A DNA stretch of 64,000 nt, from NCBI GenBank assembly GCA_934130405.1, contig CAKOXX010000002.1, positions 28,100 through 92,099 of the forward strand, written 5' to 3'. Source of the DNA: an uncultured Bacilli bacterium. Its GTDB lineage: Bacteria; Bacillota_I; Bacilli_A; RF39; UBA660. Position numbers and translations under genes: made by a program. Every line of letters starts with the position of its first letter. Positions within the stretch are counted from its first letter, which is position 1. Below are positions 19,967 through 29,445 of the stretch, in pieces. The notes under the pieces are model-generated. The model was given only the letters and a program-made list of their open reading frames with translations. It was not told where the DNA came from and did no database searches.

Positions 19967-21913
19967 ATGGAAAAAAATAAGAAAAAGATTAAATGGTTGA
20001 TACTAGGTTATTTACTATTATTTGTAATTTTACTATCTTTTTATTTAATAAATTCTACTGCTTTGATGGAAAATTGTTATGAAGTAATATACTTGTCATT
20101 GGTGTATGTTTTAACATTACCATTTATTGTTGGAAGGAAAGTTATTCATAAAAAAGTAATTTATCCTTTGTACTTTTTACTAGCTATTTTACTATCTTTG
20201 TTTGCTTATAAAATTACTTATTTTGGCTATTCTATTGTTACTTTATTTCTATTTGCAGTATCGGTTACTCCCATAATTTATCAAAAACTATCAAAAAATA
20301 ATTTAAAGAAAACATTTAGAGTATTAATTCCATTACTATTATTGATTATAAGTGTAGCTTATATTTTTAACGAAACAGCCATTTTCTATTCACCTTCATC
20401 TCCTGATATTTCTTTTCCTTTTTCTTTCACAAAAGAGGAAAGAGATATTTATGTTGGAAAATATAAAATAAGTGTTATTGATAATCAAAAGGAAAAGACA
20501 GAACTACGTTTAATTGTTACTGATGATATTCATAAATTTAAAACAGGAGTTACTTCTAATTATTATAACTATTATAATACTACATTGGAAGTTTATAAAA
20601 ATGATACTTTAAAACAAAAATATTATTTCATAAATACGAGTGTTCTAGCTGATAGTTTAACTCTTGAATGTCTTGGTAGTAATGATGGTAATCCGACTAG
20701 TAAATTAGATGAAGAGTTAGATGGTACTTATGTTTATCTTTCTTTTAAAGATGATGTTTATGAATTAGATACAGCTTTTATTGATGATATAACTGATAAA
20801 GTTGTTTTAAGTAAAGTAGATGAATTTGAAGATACTCCAAAGAATACTGTAACTAAAGAATTCTATTTTTATGATGATAATCATGGTCACTATGGCATTT
20901 CTTATAGTGAACCATCAGAAGATAAAACAGTACTTAGTCATTATACTTGTACTACTGATGACTGTAGTGCTAACTATGCAACTAATTATTTTTCAGTAAT
21001 TAAAGATAGTCAATATTATGTATTTAATGTTAAGACCGGGAAGATAACTAATACTTTATCAACAACAAAAAAATATGGCATTATGGATCTTGTAATGAAA
21101 GATAATTTACCAGTTGGCTTGCTCCTAGATGATATGGAAACAACAAAATTAAAGATGAGTTATTATGATTTTGCCGCTGATAAAGAAACGATTGATACTA
21201 AAATGTGTGATTATATTCGAATTGATAGCAATGTTAAAGGAAATGATTACTTGTATTGTGCACATGGTAATTATTCAAGTTTAGTAGATACTAATGGTAA
21301 TATTGTTAAAGCAGGAGTTACTGGTTCAATAGGGGATAGTAAAGATAATGTTTATTTCTATGAAAGTGATTATCCAGATGGCATACTACACCTAACTCCT
21401 ACTATTAAGAAACTTTATGATAAGGATTTTAATATAATCTATACTGCTGAAAATAATGATGAAAAACTAAAACTATATAACATAGTAACGGACAAAGATA
21501 GTATAACTTATGGAACGAATAAGAAATTTTATACTTATAAAAGCAATACCAAAACTAATGAAAGTAAAGAAGCGTATAAGGATATCTATAAAATATTTAA
21601 TGATTATGCGATTGTTAATAAAGATGACTATGTCACTATTATTGATTATAAAGAAAAAGTTGTTACTACTTTATGTAAATTAACATCAGAAAATAAAATT
21701 AAAGAAACATTTATGCTTAATGATAATAGTGCTATTGTAATAAGAATAACTGACTCTAATATAACTGTTAGTGATATAGAAGTGACAGAAGAAAATAAAG
21801 ACATTCTTAATGATAAAGAAAAGTTTGAAAAGTATAAGGAAGATCATGCTGTTTATGAATATACTTATTATATTAATGAAGCAAGATTAGAAAAGAAAGC
21901 TGACTTTATATAG
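19967..21913 (+). CDS. hypothetical polytopic membrane-anchored protein with a large extracellular domain (about 648 aa)
   Basis: ATG 19967 with AGGAG SD (track start TTG 19961); four to five N-terminal TM helices. Confidence 0.5.
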   Translation: MEKNKKKIKWLILGYLLLFVILLSFYLINSTALMENCYEVIYLSLVYVLTLPFIVGRKVIHKKVIYPLYFLLAILLSLFAYKITYFGYSIVTLFLFAVSVTPIIYQKLSKNNLKKTFRVLIPLLLLIISVAYIFNETAIFYSPSSPDISFPFSFTKEERDIYVGKYKISVIDNQKEKTELRLIVTDDIHKFKTGVTSNYYNYYNTTLEVYKNDTLKQKYYFINTSVLADSLTLECLGSNDGNPTSKLDEELDGTYVYLSFKDDVYELDTAFIDDITDKVVLSKVDEFEDTPKNTVTKEFYFYDDNHGHYGISYSEPSEDKTVLSHYTCTTDDCSANYATNYFSVIKDSQYYVFNVKTGKITNTLSTTKKYGIMDLVMKDNLPVGLLLDDMETTKLKMSYYDFAADKETIDTKMCDYIRIDSNVKGNDYLYCAHGNYSSLVDTNGNIVKAGVTGSIGDSKDNVYFYESDYPDGILHLTPTIKKLYDKDFNIIYTAENNDEKLKLYNIVTDKDSITYGTNKKFYTYKSNTKTNESKEAYKDIYKIFNDYAIVNKDDYVTIIDYKEKVVTTLCKLTSENKIKETFMLNDNSAIVIRITDSNITVSDIEVTEENKDILNDKEKFEKYKEDHAVYEYTYYINEARLEKKADFI

Positions 21914-21916
21914 AAA

Positions 21917-21952
21917 AAGAAATGTAAATTATCTACTACATTTCTTTTTAAG
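21917..21952. terminator. bidirectional terminator (AAAAGAAATGTA..TACATTTCTTTT) between convergent genes
   Basis: perfect 12-bp inverted repeat. Confidence 0.6.
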
Positions 21953-22486
21953 TACTAAACTTTTAGGTTTCATTTCTGTAACTTGTGTATGATAGAACTT
22001 TTCTCTCATATATTCTGCTACTTGTTCGTCATTAATATTACCATGTTCAAAAATTACTTGATGATATATATTTTGTGCTGTTTCAAATGGAAGTATTAAG
22101 TCAGTATGAGTTCCTTTACTTCTAATTAAGTTATAATCACTATGTAAATGTTCTTTTATATAATTATAAGATGCTAATCTATCAGGAGTAAGCCAACTTT
22201 TATCTTCCCTTAAAGTAGTAGAATCAAGTCCACATTTTACACAAGTACAAAATCTATTGTGTTCATTACCTTCGATAGTATCAACAAATAAGTGTTCACA
22301 ATTTTCAAATTCGTTAAATCTTATTTCTTGAAATATTTGACTTTCTTCTCTAAATAATTCATCTTCCACTTTGCTAAGTGCAAAATATCTTTTAACAGTT
22401 TCATTGTTTGCTAATAGTTCAAGTTCATTTTCTACTCGCATTCTTTTACTTCTTGTTTCTTCATATTTCTTTTCTAATTCATTCAT
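21929..22486 (-). CDS. hypothetical protein with CxH..CxCxxC zinc-ribbon-like motif (185 aa)
   Basis: CEH ... CTCVKCG; coiled-coil-like N-terminus; no family recognised. Confidence 0.5.
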   Translation of the reverse strand: MNELEKKYEETRSKRMRVENELELLANNETVKRYFALSKVEDELFREESQIFQEIRFNEFENCEHLFVDTIEGNEHNRFCTCVKCGLDSTTLREDKSWLTPDRLASYNYIKEHLHSDYNLIRSKGTHTDLILPFETAQNIYHQVIFEHGNINDEQVAEYMREKFYHTQVTEMKPKSLVLKKKCSR

Positions 22487-22539
22487 TTAATATAACCCTC
22501 CTTGCGCTTAGATAGTATACAATAATATTATGCAAAAGT

Positions 22540-23799
22540 CTATTTTTTAATTAACTTTTTGCTATCTTGTTTGGCCATATTAGCAGTAGTTATTTCATTA
22601 GCTAGTGCAGTACCTTTGTCTAATATTTCGCAAATTTGTAATAAAGTATCAGTATTTATTTCTTTTTGTTCACCGTTATTTATTATTACGTAACCACCAG
22701 AAATATTATAATGTAAATCTATTGCAGGCTTTTCCCAAGAATCACCAGAATATTGGAAATTAATTACTTCTCCATAATCTTTATAGGTACCATGATCATC
22801 TGCGATAGGGTACATAACAAATTTATGTGAGTAAAATATAGAAGAGCCATCTTCGTTAAAGTATCTAGAAACATTATATTTAGAGTTAATTCCGCTACTA
22901 GCATAGATTGTTTTTGAATATTCATCTTTTGATTCTATTTTTAATATACAAGCATCTTTACTAGTTTTATCATCAAAATCATCAGAAGGACTGGCGATTA
23001 AATTTATCTTTTCTAAATAATCAGCTGGTTTTTCTAATTCAACATCATCTCTTAAAAAAGGATTAACAGCAACATCGAATTTGTTAAGTAATGGTTGTAT
23101 TAAATCTTTAGCTAAGAAAGGAAATTTAGTGTAACCTTTTTCTAATTTCTTTCTATTTGCTTCTACATTTTGTATTACTTCTTCTTTAGTAATATCTAAG
23201 TTACTATCCTTATAAAGATTTTTAACTTTAGTAACTTTAAGGTCTACAAGGTAATTATTTATTACTTGATTTAAAATAGTTTTATAGTCAGTTTCTGCAC
23301 TTTCATCTTTTCCACTTATTCTTGCATAATAATCTTTTAATTCAGTTAAAACCAAAACTGCATTATTTAGTTCATAGGTATGAAATTCTTCTAAATATTT
23401 GTTTTTACTAACTCTTCTTCGCAATCTCTCTTTAGCTTCAGTGTATACTGTATCGATACTTTTTCTTTCTTCTTCACATTTTCTTTTGACTTCTTTGAAA
23501 TCTGTATCCCTTTTATAAATGTCATCAATAGCATTCTTTTTATCTATATTGTTAGATTCTATCCAAGTTCCATCTGGGTATTTTTTTTGCATATAAGTTA
23601 AAAAGTCTAAAGGAATCTTTCCAGTTAATTCTAGACAAGATAAAAACTCATCAACTCGCATATTTAAATCATTCCAGCCATAGTAAACTATATTATCAAT
23701 GACTCTTTCTTCTGTCTCTATTCCGAGAGCTTTAATTATTTCTTTTAGTCCTAAATAGTTCATAATATTCCTTCTTTCTTTTTCGCTATATTCTATCAT
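22540..23799 (-). CDS. hypothetical protein (419 aa)
   Basis: long ORF co-directional with 21929-22486 and immediately downstream of tRNA-Leu; no motif recognised. Confidence 0.5.
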   Translation of the reverse strand: MIEYSEKERRNIMNYLGLKEIIKALGIETEERVIDNIVYYGWNDLNMRVDEFLSCLELTGKIPLDFLTYMQKKYPDGTWIESNNIDKKNAIDDIYKRDTDFKEVKRKCEEERKSIDTVYTEAKERLRRRVSKNKYLEEFHTYELNNAVLVLTELKDYYARISGKDESAETDYKTILNQVINNYLVDLKVTKVKNLYKDSNLDITKEEVIQNVEANRKKLEKGYTKFPFLAKDLIQPLLNKFDVAVNPFLRDDVELEKPADYLEKINLIASPSDDFDDKTSKDACILKIESKDEYSKTIYASSGINSKYNVSRYFNEDGSSIFYSHKFVMYPIADDHGTYKDYGEVINFQYSGDSWEKPAIDLHYNISGGYVIINNGEQKEINTDTLLQICEILDKGTALANEITTANMAKQDSKKLIKK

Positions 23800-23821
23800 A
23801 AATATACATAAAAGTAAATAA

Positions 23822-23850
23822 AAAACTCGAGAAGTAAAAAACTCTCGAGT
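23822..23850 (-). terminator. terminator for tRNA-Leu (ACTCGAGAG..CTCTCGAGT + TTTTT on the minus strand)
   Basis: 9-bp inverted repeat directly 3' of the tRNA. Confidence 0.55.
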
Positions 23851-23861
23851 AACATTTCAGT

Positions 23862-23948
23862 TGGTGCACATGAAGGGACTTGAACCCATACGAAGAAATC
23901 TTCTGCAGATTTTGAGTCTGCCGCGTCTACCAGTTTCGCCACATGTGC
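23862..23948 (-). tRNA. tRNA-Leu (anticodon CAA), type II with long variable arm, CCA encoded
   Basis: 7-bp acceptor stem GCACATG/CATGTGC; anticodon stem GCAGA/TCTGC with loop CTCAAAA; T-arm GGGTTCAAGTCCC; 3' ACCA. Confidence 0.85.
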
Positions 23949-24036
23949 ATGAATAGATTATATCATAATAGTAATAAAAAAATAAATAGTTTTTGTAAAA
24001 AATCATATTCTAAATTAGGAACATAAAATTTTAAAG

Positions 24037-24066
24037 ACTTGAAGAGCAATTAAAAATAAAGTATAA
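24037..24066 (+). promoter_or_regulatory. sigma-A-like promoter (TTGAAG, 17-nt spacer, TATAAT)
   Basis: hexamers about 25 nt upstream of 24089. Confidence 0.4.
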
Positions 24067-24088
24067 TAGGTGTTGTTGGAGGATAAAA

Positions 24089-24394
24089 ATGGAATATATA
24101 ATTATTTTATTAGTACTTCTAGTTATCTTACTTGCAGTACTTAAAGCTAATAAGAAAGATGCAGAATTAGACTTTAATAAATTAGTAGAATATCTAGGAG
24201 GAAAAGATAACATCATTCAATCAGAAATAAAAATGTCTAGATTTATTGTTACATTGAAAGATGTTAGTAAAGCTGATAAAGAAGCTATTCAAAAGCTAGG
24301 AGCTAAAGGAGTAGTGGAAATCAATAATCAGTTAAAAATTATATTAGGACAAGATTCTAAACAGCTAAAAAAATATATCGATGAAATGAAGTAG
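24089..24394 (+). CDS. small membrane-anchored protein with a PTS EIIB(Glc)-like domain lacking the phospho-Cys
   Basis: GGKDNIIQSEIKMSRFIVTLKDVSKADKEAIQKLGAKGVV aligns by eye to the EIIB consensus GGxENI..HCATRLRF.LKD..KVD...LK.LGA.GVV, with Cys replaced. Confidence 0.5.
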   Translation: MEYIIILLVLLVILLAVLKANKKDAELDFNKLVEYLGGKDNIIQSEIKMSRFIVTLKDVSKADKEAIQKLGAKGVVEINNQLKIILGQDSKQLKKYIDEMK

Positions 24395-24454
24395 TTTATG
24401 CTACTTTTTTTCTTTTCTTTTTGATATACTCTATTATAGAAGGGATATGAGAAT

Positions 24455-27082
24455 ATGAAATATGTTTATGCTTTTAGTGAAGGTAATAAAGATATGCGTA
24501 ATACTTTAGGAGGAAAAGGTGCTAATCTTGCCGAAATGACTAGTTTGGGACTACCAGTTCCACAAGGATTTACTGTATCTACTGATGCGTGTATTAAGTA
24601 TTATGAAGAAAATGAAACAATAAATGAAGAAATTAAAGAAGAAATCTTTAAAGAATTAGCTTATCTAGAAGAGATAACTGGGAAAAAGTTTGGTGATAGA
24701 ACTAATCCTTTATTAGTATCAGTAAGAAGTGGTGCTAGAGTATCAATGCCTGGGATGATGGACACAGTCTTAAATCTTGGAATGACTGATAGTGTAGCTG
24801 AAGGTTTTAGTGAAATAACTAATAATAAAAGATTTGTTTATGATAGCTATCGTCGTTTTATTCAGATGTTTGCAGATGTAGTAATGAACTTTCCGAAGAG
24901 TTCTTTTGAAAAATTATTTGATAAGATTAAAGAAGAAAAGCATGTTTTAAATGATACTGATTTAACTGCTGATGATTTATTAGAAGTAATTGAAAGATAT
25001 AAGATAGAGTATAAAAAATATGCCGGAGTGGACTTTCCTCAAGATGCTAAAGTTCAATTATTAGAAGCCATTAAAGCAGTCTTTAGAAGTTGGAATACGG
25101 ATAGAGCTAAGACTTATCGTCGTCTTAATAATATACCATCTAGTTGGGGAACAGCGGTTAATGTTCAACAAATGGTTTATGGTAATAAAGGGGATAATTC
25201 TGGGACAGGAGTTGCTTTTACAAGAAACCCAGCGACAGGAGAAAAAGCTTTATTTGGGGAGTATCTAATGAATGCTCAAGGAGAAGATGTTGTAGCAGGA
25301 ATTAGAACACCGCAGCCTATCGCTACTTTAAAGGAAGTAATGCCAGAGTGTTATTTAGAGTTTGAACGAATTTGCTCTATCTTGGAAGGCCATTATAAAG
25401 ATATGCAAGATATGGAATTTACGATTGAAGATGGTAAACTTTATATGTTACAGACAAGAAATGGTAAAAGAACTGCTCCTGCTGCTTTAAAAATAGCTGT
25501 TGATATGGTAGAAGAAGGAATGATTAGTAAAGAAGAAGCTTTAATGAAAGTAGATGCTTCTAGTCTTGACCAATTATTACATAAGACCTTTGATTCTGTC
25601 GCATTAAGTAAAGCTAAAGTCATTGCTAAAGGATTAGCTGCTTCTCCTGGAGCTGCTACTGGTAAGATTTATTTTACTGCTCTTGATGTTATGAAAGCTC
25701 ATGAACAAGGAGAGAAAGACTTACTTTTAGTAAGAAGTGAAACTTCTCCTGAAGATATTGAAGGAATGAATCTTGCGCATGGTATCTTAACAGTTAGAGG
25801 TGGAATGACTTCTCATGCTGCAGTTGTTGCTCGTGGAATGGGTACTTGCTGTGTATCTGGTTGTGGAAGCTTAGTGGTAGATGAAATTAATAAAACAGTA
25901 ACAACTTCCGCCGGTATGGTTTACCATGAAGGAGACTATATGAGTTTAGATGGTAGTACAGGTAATGTTTATGGTGAAAAGATTTTAACTGTAGAACCAA
26001 CTATTAGTGGTAACTTTGAAACCTTTATGAGTTGGGCTGATAGTGTTAGAAGATTAAGAGTAAGAGCAAATGCCGACAATCCAAGAGATGCTAAAGTAGC
26101 AAGAGACTTTGGTGCTGAAGGAATAGGTTTATGTAGGACAGAGCATATGTTCTTTGATAAAGATAGAATTTTTAATTTCCGTCGAATGATTACAGCAGAT
26201 ACAACTGAAAAAAGAGAAGAAGCCTTAGCAAAAATTTTACCTTATCAAAAAGAAGATTTTAAAGATTTATTTAGAACAATGAAAGGTTATGAAGTAGTAA
26301 TTAGATACTTAGATCCACCACTTCATGAGTTTTTACCACATACTGATGAAGAAATAAGAGAGCTAGCTCCTACTTTAGATATGAGTTTTGATGATTTAAA
26401 GAATAGGGTAGAGTCTTTGAAAGAATTTAATCCGATGATGGGTCATAGAGGTTGTCGACTAGCTATTACTTATCCAGAGATTGCTGTAATGCAAACAAGA
26501 GCCGTAATTGAAGCAGCAATTGAAGTAATGAATGAGGGAATAGAAGTTACCCCGGAAATTATGATTCCACTTGTTGGAACAACAAATGAACTTTCTTATA
26601 TTAAGAAAATAGTTTGTGAGACAGCTGATGAAATCATTAAAGAAAGTGGTAAGAAACTTAATTATAAAGTTGGTACAATGATTGAAATTCCAAGAGCTTG
26701 TGTTATTGCTGATAAGATTGCTGAAGAAGCTAGTTTCTTCTCCTTTGGTACTAATGATTTAACCCAACTTACTTATGGTTTCTCAAGAGATGATGCTTCT
26801 AAATACTTAAAAGATTATTATGCTAAAAAGATATTTGAACAAGACCCATTTGCTACTATTGACCAAGAAGGTGTTGGTAAATTAGTAGATATGGCAGTAA
26901 AACTTGGTAAAAGTGTAAGACCTGATATTGACCTTGGTATTTGTGGTGAACATGGTGGTGACCCAGCTAGTATTGATTTTTGTCACAGAACTGGTTTGAC
27001 TTATGTTTCTTGTAGTCCATATCGTGTTCCAACTGCAAGATTAGCTGCTGCTCAAGCTGCAATTAATAGTAAAAATAATTAA
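24455..27082 (+). CDS. ppdK: pyruvate, phosphate dikinase
   Basis: 875 aa; phosphohistidine domain GGMTSHAAVVARGMG; PEP-utilising domain CRTEHMF; full-length collinear PPDK architecture. Confidence 0.95.
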   Translation: MKYVYAFSEGNKDMRNTLGGKGANLAEMTSLGLPVPQGFTVSTDACIKYYEENETINEEIKEEIFKELAYLEEITGKKFGDRTNPLLVSVRSGARVSMPGMMDTVLNLGMTDSVAEGFSEITNNKRFVYDSYRRFIQMFADVVMNFPKSSFEKLFDKIKEEKHVLNDTDLTADDLLEVIERYKIEYKKYAGVDFPQDAKVQLLEAIKAVFRSWNTDRAKTYRRLNNIPSSWGTAVNVQQMVYGNKGDNSGTGVAFTRNPATGEKALFGEYLMNAQGEDVVAGIRTPQPIATLKEVMPECYLEFERICSILEGHYKDMQDMEFTIEDGKLYMLQTRNGKRTAPAALKIAVDMVEEGMISKEEALMKVDASSLDQLLHKTFDSVALSKAKVIAKGLAASPGAATGKIYFTALDVMKAHEQGEKDLLLVRSETSPEDIEGMNLAHGILTVRGGMTSHAAVVARGMGTCCVSGCGSLVVDEINKTVTTSAGMVYHEGDYMSLDGSTGNVYGEKILTVEPTISGNFETFMSWADSVRRLRVRANADNPRDAKVARDFGAEGIGLCRTEHMFFDKDRIFNFRRMITADTTEKREEALAKILPYQKEDFKDLFRTMKGYEVVIRYLDPPLHEFLPHTDEEIRELAPTLDMSFDDLKNRVESLKEFNPMMGHRGCRLAITYPEIAVMQTRAVIEAAIEVMNEGIEVTPEIMIPLVGTTNELSYIKKIVCETADEIIKESGKKLNYKVGTMIEIPRACVIADKIAEEASFFSFGTNDLTQLTYGFSRDDASKYLKDYYAKKIFEQDPFATIDQEGVGKLVDMAVKLGKSVRPDIDLGICGEHGGDPASIDFCHRTGLTYVSCSPYRVPTARLAAAQAAINSKNN

Positions 27083-27180
27083 TATTTAATTAATATTTGA
27101 ATATAATAATAATGGTATACCTATTTGACATTTTCAAAAAATTATAGTATATTGTAGTTGCACTGAAGAAGTGTTGTAAC

Positions 27181-27300
27181 TTGAAAATGTTTAGCCGCTT
27201 ATGGATGGTGCGGGTTATAAGTGATTCCAATTGCGAAATGTTAGTCGCTTCCGGGTGGTGCGAGTTATAAATGATTTCGGTCGAAAATGTTAGAAAACTT
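27181..27300 (+). repeat. two to three tandem about 50-bp direct repeats with GAAAATGTTAG cores downstream of a consensus promoter (27125-27153)
   Basis: GAAAATGTTTAGCCGCTTATGGATGGTGCGGGTTATAAGTGATTCC / GAAATGTTAGTCGCTTCCGGGTGGTGCGAGTTATAAATGATTTCGG / GAAAATGTTAGAAAAC. Confidence 0.6.
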
Positions 27301-27398
27301 CTATCAATTGATAGGGTTTTCTTTTGTTTTTTGCTGATATTGATAAAATTAAAGAAAAAATGTTAGAGGAATTAAACAAGTAGTTTAAAGATAAAAAT

Positions 27399-28010
27399 AT
27401 GTTAGAAAATAAATTAGGAATAATTAGTTCAATTGAACTTGCAAATGAAGAAGAAAAAATAACAAAATTAAGAGCACTAGAATTATTTGATACAGGAAAA
27501 CTGCACGAATTAGAAACTGGAAGATTTAATGATCTGGTACTTATTCATAAATTCATGTTTGACGATATTTATTATTTTGCTGGTAAAATAAGAGAAGAAA
27601 ATATTGCTAAAGGAAACTTTAGATTTGCTTCTGCTATGTATCTAGATGAAATTTTAAAAAAAATAGATGAAATGCCTCAAGATACTTTTGAAAATATAGT
27701 TAAAAAATATGTTGAGATGAATATTGCACATCCTTTTAGAGAAGAAAATGGAAGAAGTACTCGTATATGGTTAGATATGATATTAAAAAAAGAATTAAAT
27801 CAGGTGATTGATTGGAGCAAGATAAATAAGAAAGATTATTTACTTGCTATGGAAAGAAGTCCAATAAAAGATTTAGAACTAAGATTATTATTGAAAAATG
27901 CCTTAACTGATAAGATAGACGATAGACAAGTATTTATGAAAGGAATAGATGCAAGTTATCAATATGAAGGTTATGATACCTATTCAATTGAAGAACTTTA
28001 TGATAAATAA
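27399..28010 (+). CDS. Fic/Doc-family protein (class III: C-terminal SxxxEG inhibitory motif)
   Basis: active-site HPFREENGRSTR; C-terminal SYQYEG. Confidence 0.85.
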   Translation: MLENKLGIISSIELANEEEKITKLRALELFDTGKLHELETGRFNDLVLIHKFMFDDIYYFAGKIREENIAKGNFRFASAMYLDEILKKIDEMPQDTFENIVKKYVEMNIAHPFREENGRSTRIWLDMILKKELNQVIDWSKINKKDYLLAMERSPIKDLELRLLLKNALTDKIDDRQVFMKGIDASYQYEGYDTYSIEELYDK

Positions 28011-28126
28011 CCGAATGAATTAATGACATTTAACCGAACAAATTAATGATATTTAACCGAATTTATTGAATTTTATGAAAAATTAATGATATACTAATTA
28101 TATGAAGGGAGGATTAATGAAGTTTT

Positions 28127-29401
28127 ATGAGAGAATATAAATCAAGAATTGCAGATGAAATTTTACAAAAAAAATTAAAAGGAAAAGGCGCAGTATTAAT
28201 TCAAGGACCTAAATGGTGTGGAAAAACAACAACTGCCGAACAAATAGCAGGTAGTATACTTTATATGGCTAATCCAGAAGATAAAAAGCAAAACTTAACT
28301 TTGGCTGATATAAGTCCTAGTTTACTATTAAAAGGAGAAGTTCCAAGACTTATTGATGAATGGCAACTAGCTCCAAAATTATGGGATGCTATTAGGTTTG
28401 AGATAGACCATCGACAAGAAGAAGGACAATTTATTTTGATTGGCTCAGCAGTACCAGCTAATATGGATGATGTTACGCATTCTGGAACAGGAAGATTTTC
28501 TTGGCTTACTATGCGTCCGATGTCTTTATTCGAATCAGGTGAATCAAATGGAGGTGTTAGTTTAGACTCGCTATTCACAAAAAGTGATACTATTTCTGCA
28601 ATAAATGACTTATCACTAGAAGATGTTGCTTATTTGTGCTGTAGAGGTGGCTGGCCAAGAAGTATTTTTATGGAAAAAGAAAAAGCTTTAGAACAGGCTT
28701 TTGACTACTATGATGCAGTTGTTAATTCAGATATTTCTAGAGTAGATGGTGTAAACAGAAATAGTGAACGTGCAAAAAAATTGATGAGAAGCTATGCAAG
28801 AAATATAGGAAGTCAAGCTAATAATGAGACTTTAAAAAATGATATGATTAATAATGACTCATTTTCACTAGATACAGACACGGTATTATCTTATGTAAAT
28901 GCTCTTAAGAAAATATTTGTGATAGAAGAAGTTTCTTCTTGGAATCCAAACTTGAGAAGTAAAATTGCCATAAGAACTTCTGATACTAGATATTATACTG
29001 ATCCTTCCATTGCGGTAGCTGCTCTTGGTATTGGTCCAGATGATTTAATAAATGACCTTAATACGTTTGGTTTAGTATTTGAAAATTTGTGTATTAGAGA
29101 TTTACGTGTTTATGCTGAAAGCATTAATGGTGATGTCTATCACTACAGAGATGCAACTGACTTAGAATGTGATGCTGTTATTCATTTACGTAATGGTTCG
29201 TATGGTTTGATAGAAATTAAGCTTGGTGGTGAACACTTAATTGATGAAGGTGCTAAAAACTTATTGCAATTACAAGATAAGATAGACACTACTAAAATGA
29301 ATAATCCTTCATTTTTAATGGTTTTAACTGCTACAGGTAAATATGCTTATAAAAGGGAAGATGGCATTTATGTAGTACCAATTGGTTGTTTAAAACCATA
29401 A
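28127..29401 (+). CDS. AAA-type ATP-binding protein (COG1373/DUF4143-like)
   Basis: Walker A GPKWCGKTT; size and C-terminal region consistent with the DUF4143 ATPase family. Confidence 0.65.
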   Translation: MREYKSRIADEILQKKLKGKGAVLIQGPKWCGKTTTAEQIAGSILYMANPEDKKQNLTLADISPSLLLKGEVPRLIDEWQLAPKLWDAIRFEIDHRQEEGQFILIGSAVPANMDDVTHSGTGRFSWLTMRPMSLFESGESNGGVSLDSLFTKSDTISAINDLSLEDVAYLCCRGGWPRSIFMEKEKALEQAFDYYDAVVNSDISRVDGVNRNSERAKKLMRSYARNIGSQANNETLKNDMINNDSFSLDTDTVLSYVNALKKIFVIEEVSSWNPNLRSKIAIRTSDTRYYTDPSIAVAALGIGPDDLINDLNTFGLVFENLCIRDLRVYAESINGDVYHYRDATDLECDAVIHLRNGSYGLIEIKLGGEHLIDEGAKNLLQLQDKIDTTKMNNPSFLMVLTATGKYAYKREDGIYVVPIGCLKP

Positions 29402-29403
29402 AT

Positions 29404-29445
29404 TATAATTAAAAAACAGGGCTAGAAGTTATCTAACTCTGTTTT
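29404..29445. terminator. weak bidirectional terminator-like hairpin between convergent genes
   Basis: AAACAG..CTGTTTTTTT. Confidence 0.25.

Noticed and set aside
23800-24090. Prophage or integrative element at tRNA-Leu
   Set aside because: No integrase or recombinase, direct-repeat att duplication or phage structural genes detected near the tRNA.
27181-27300. Possible CRISPR array (short direct repeats)
   Set aside because: Only 2-3 degenerate copies without uniform unique spacers and no cas genes anywhere in the window. More consistent with a leader duplication or small structured RNA.
28106-28140. Seven-codon upstream mini-ORF (MKFYERI) overlapping the start of the AAA ATPase gene
   Set aside because: Could equally reflect ambiguity between two ATGs at poor SD spacing. 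Too short to interpret.
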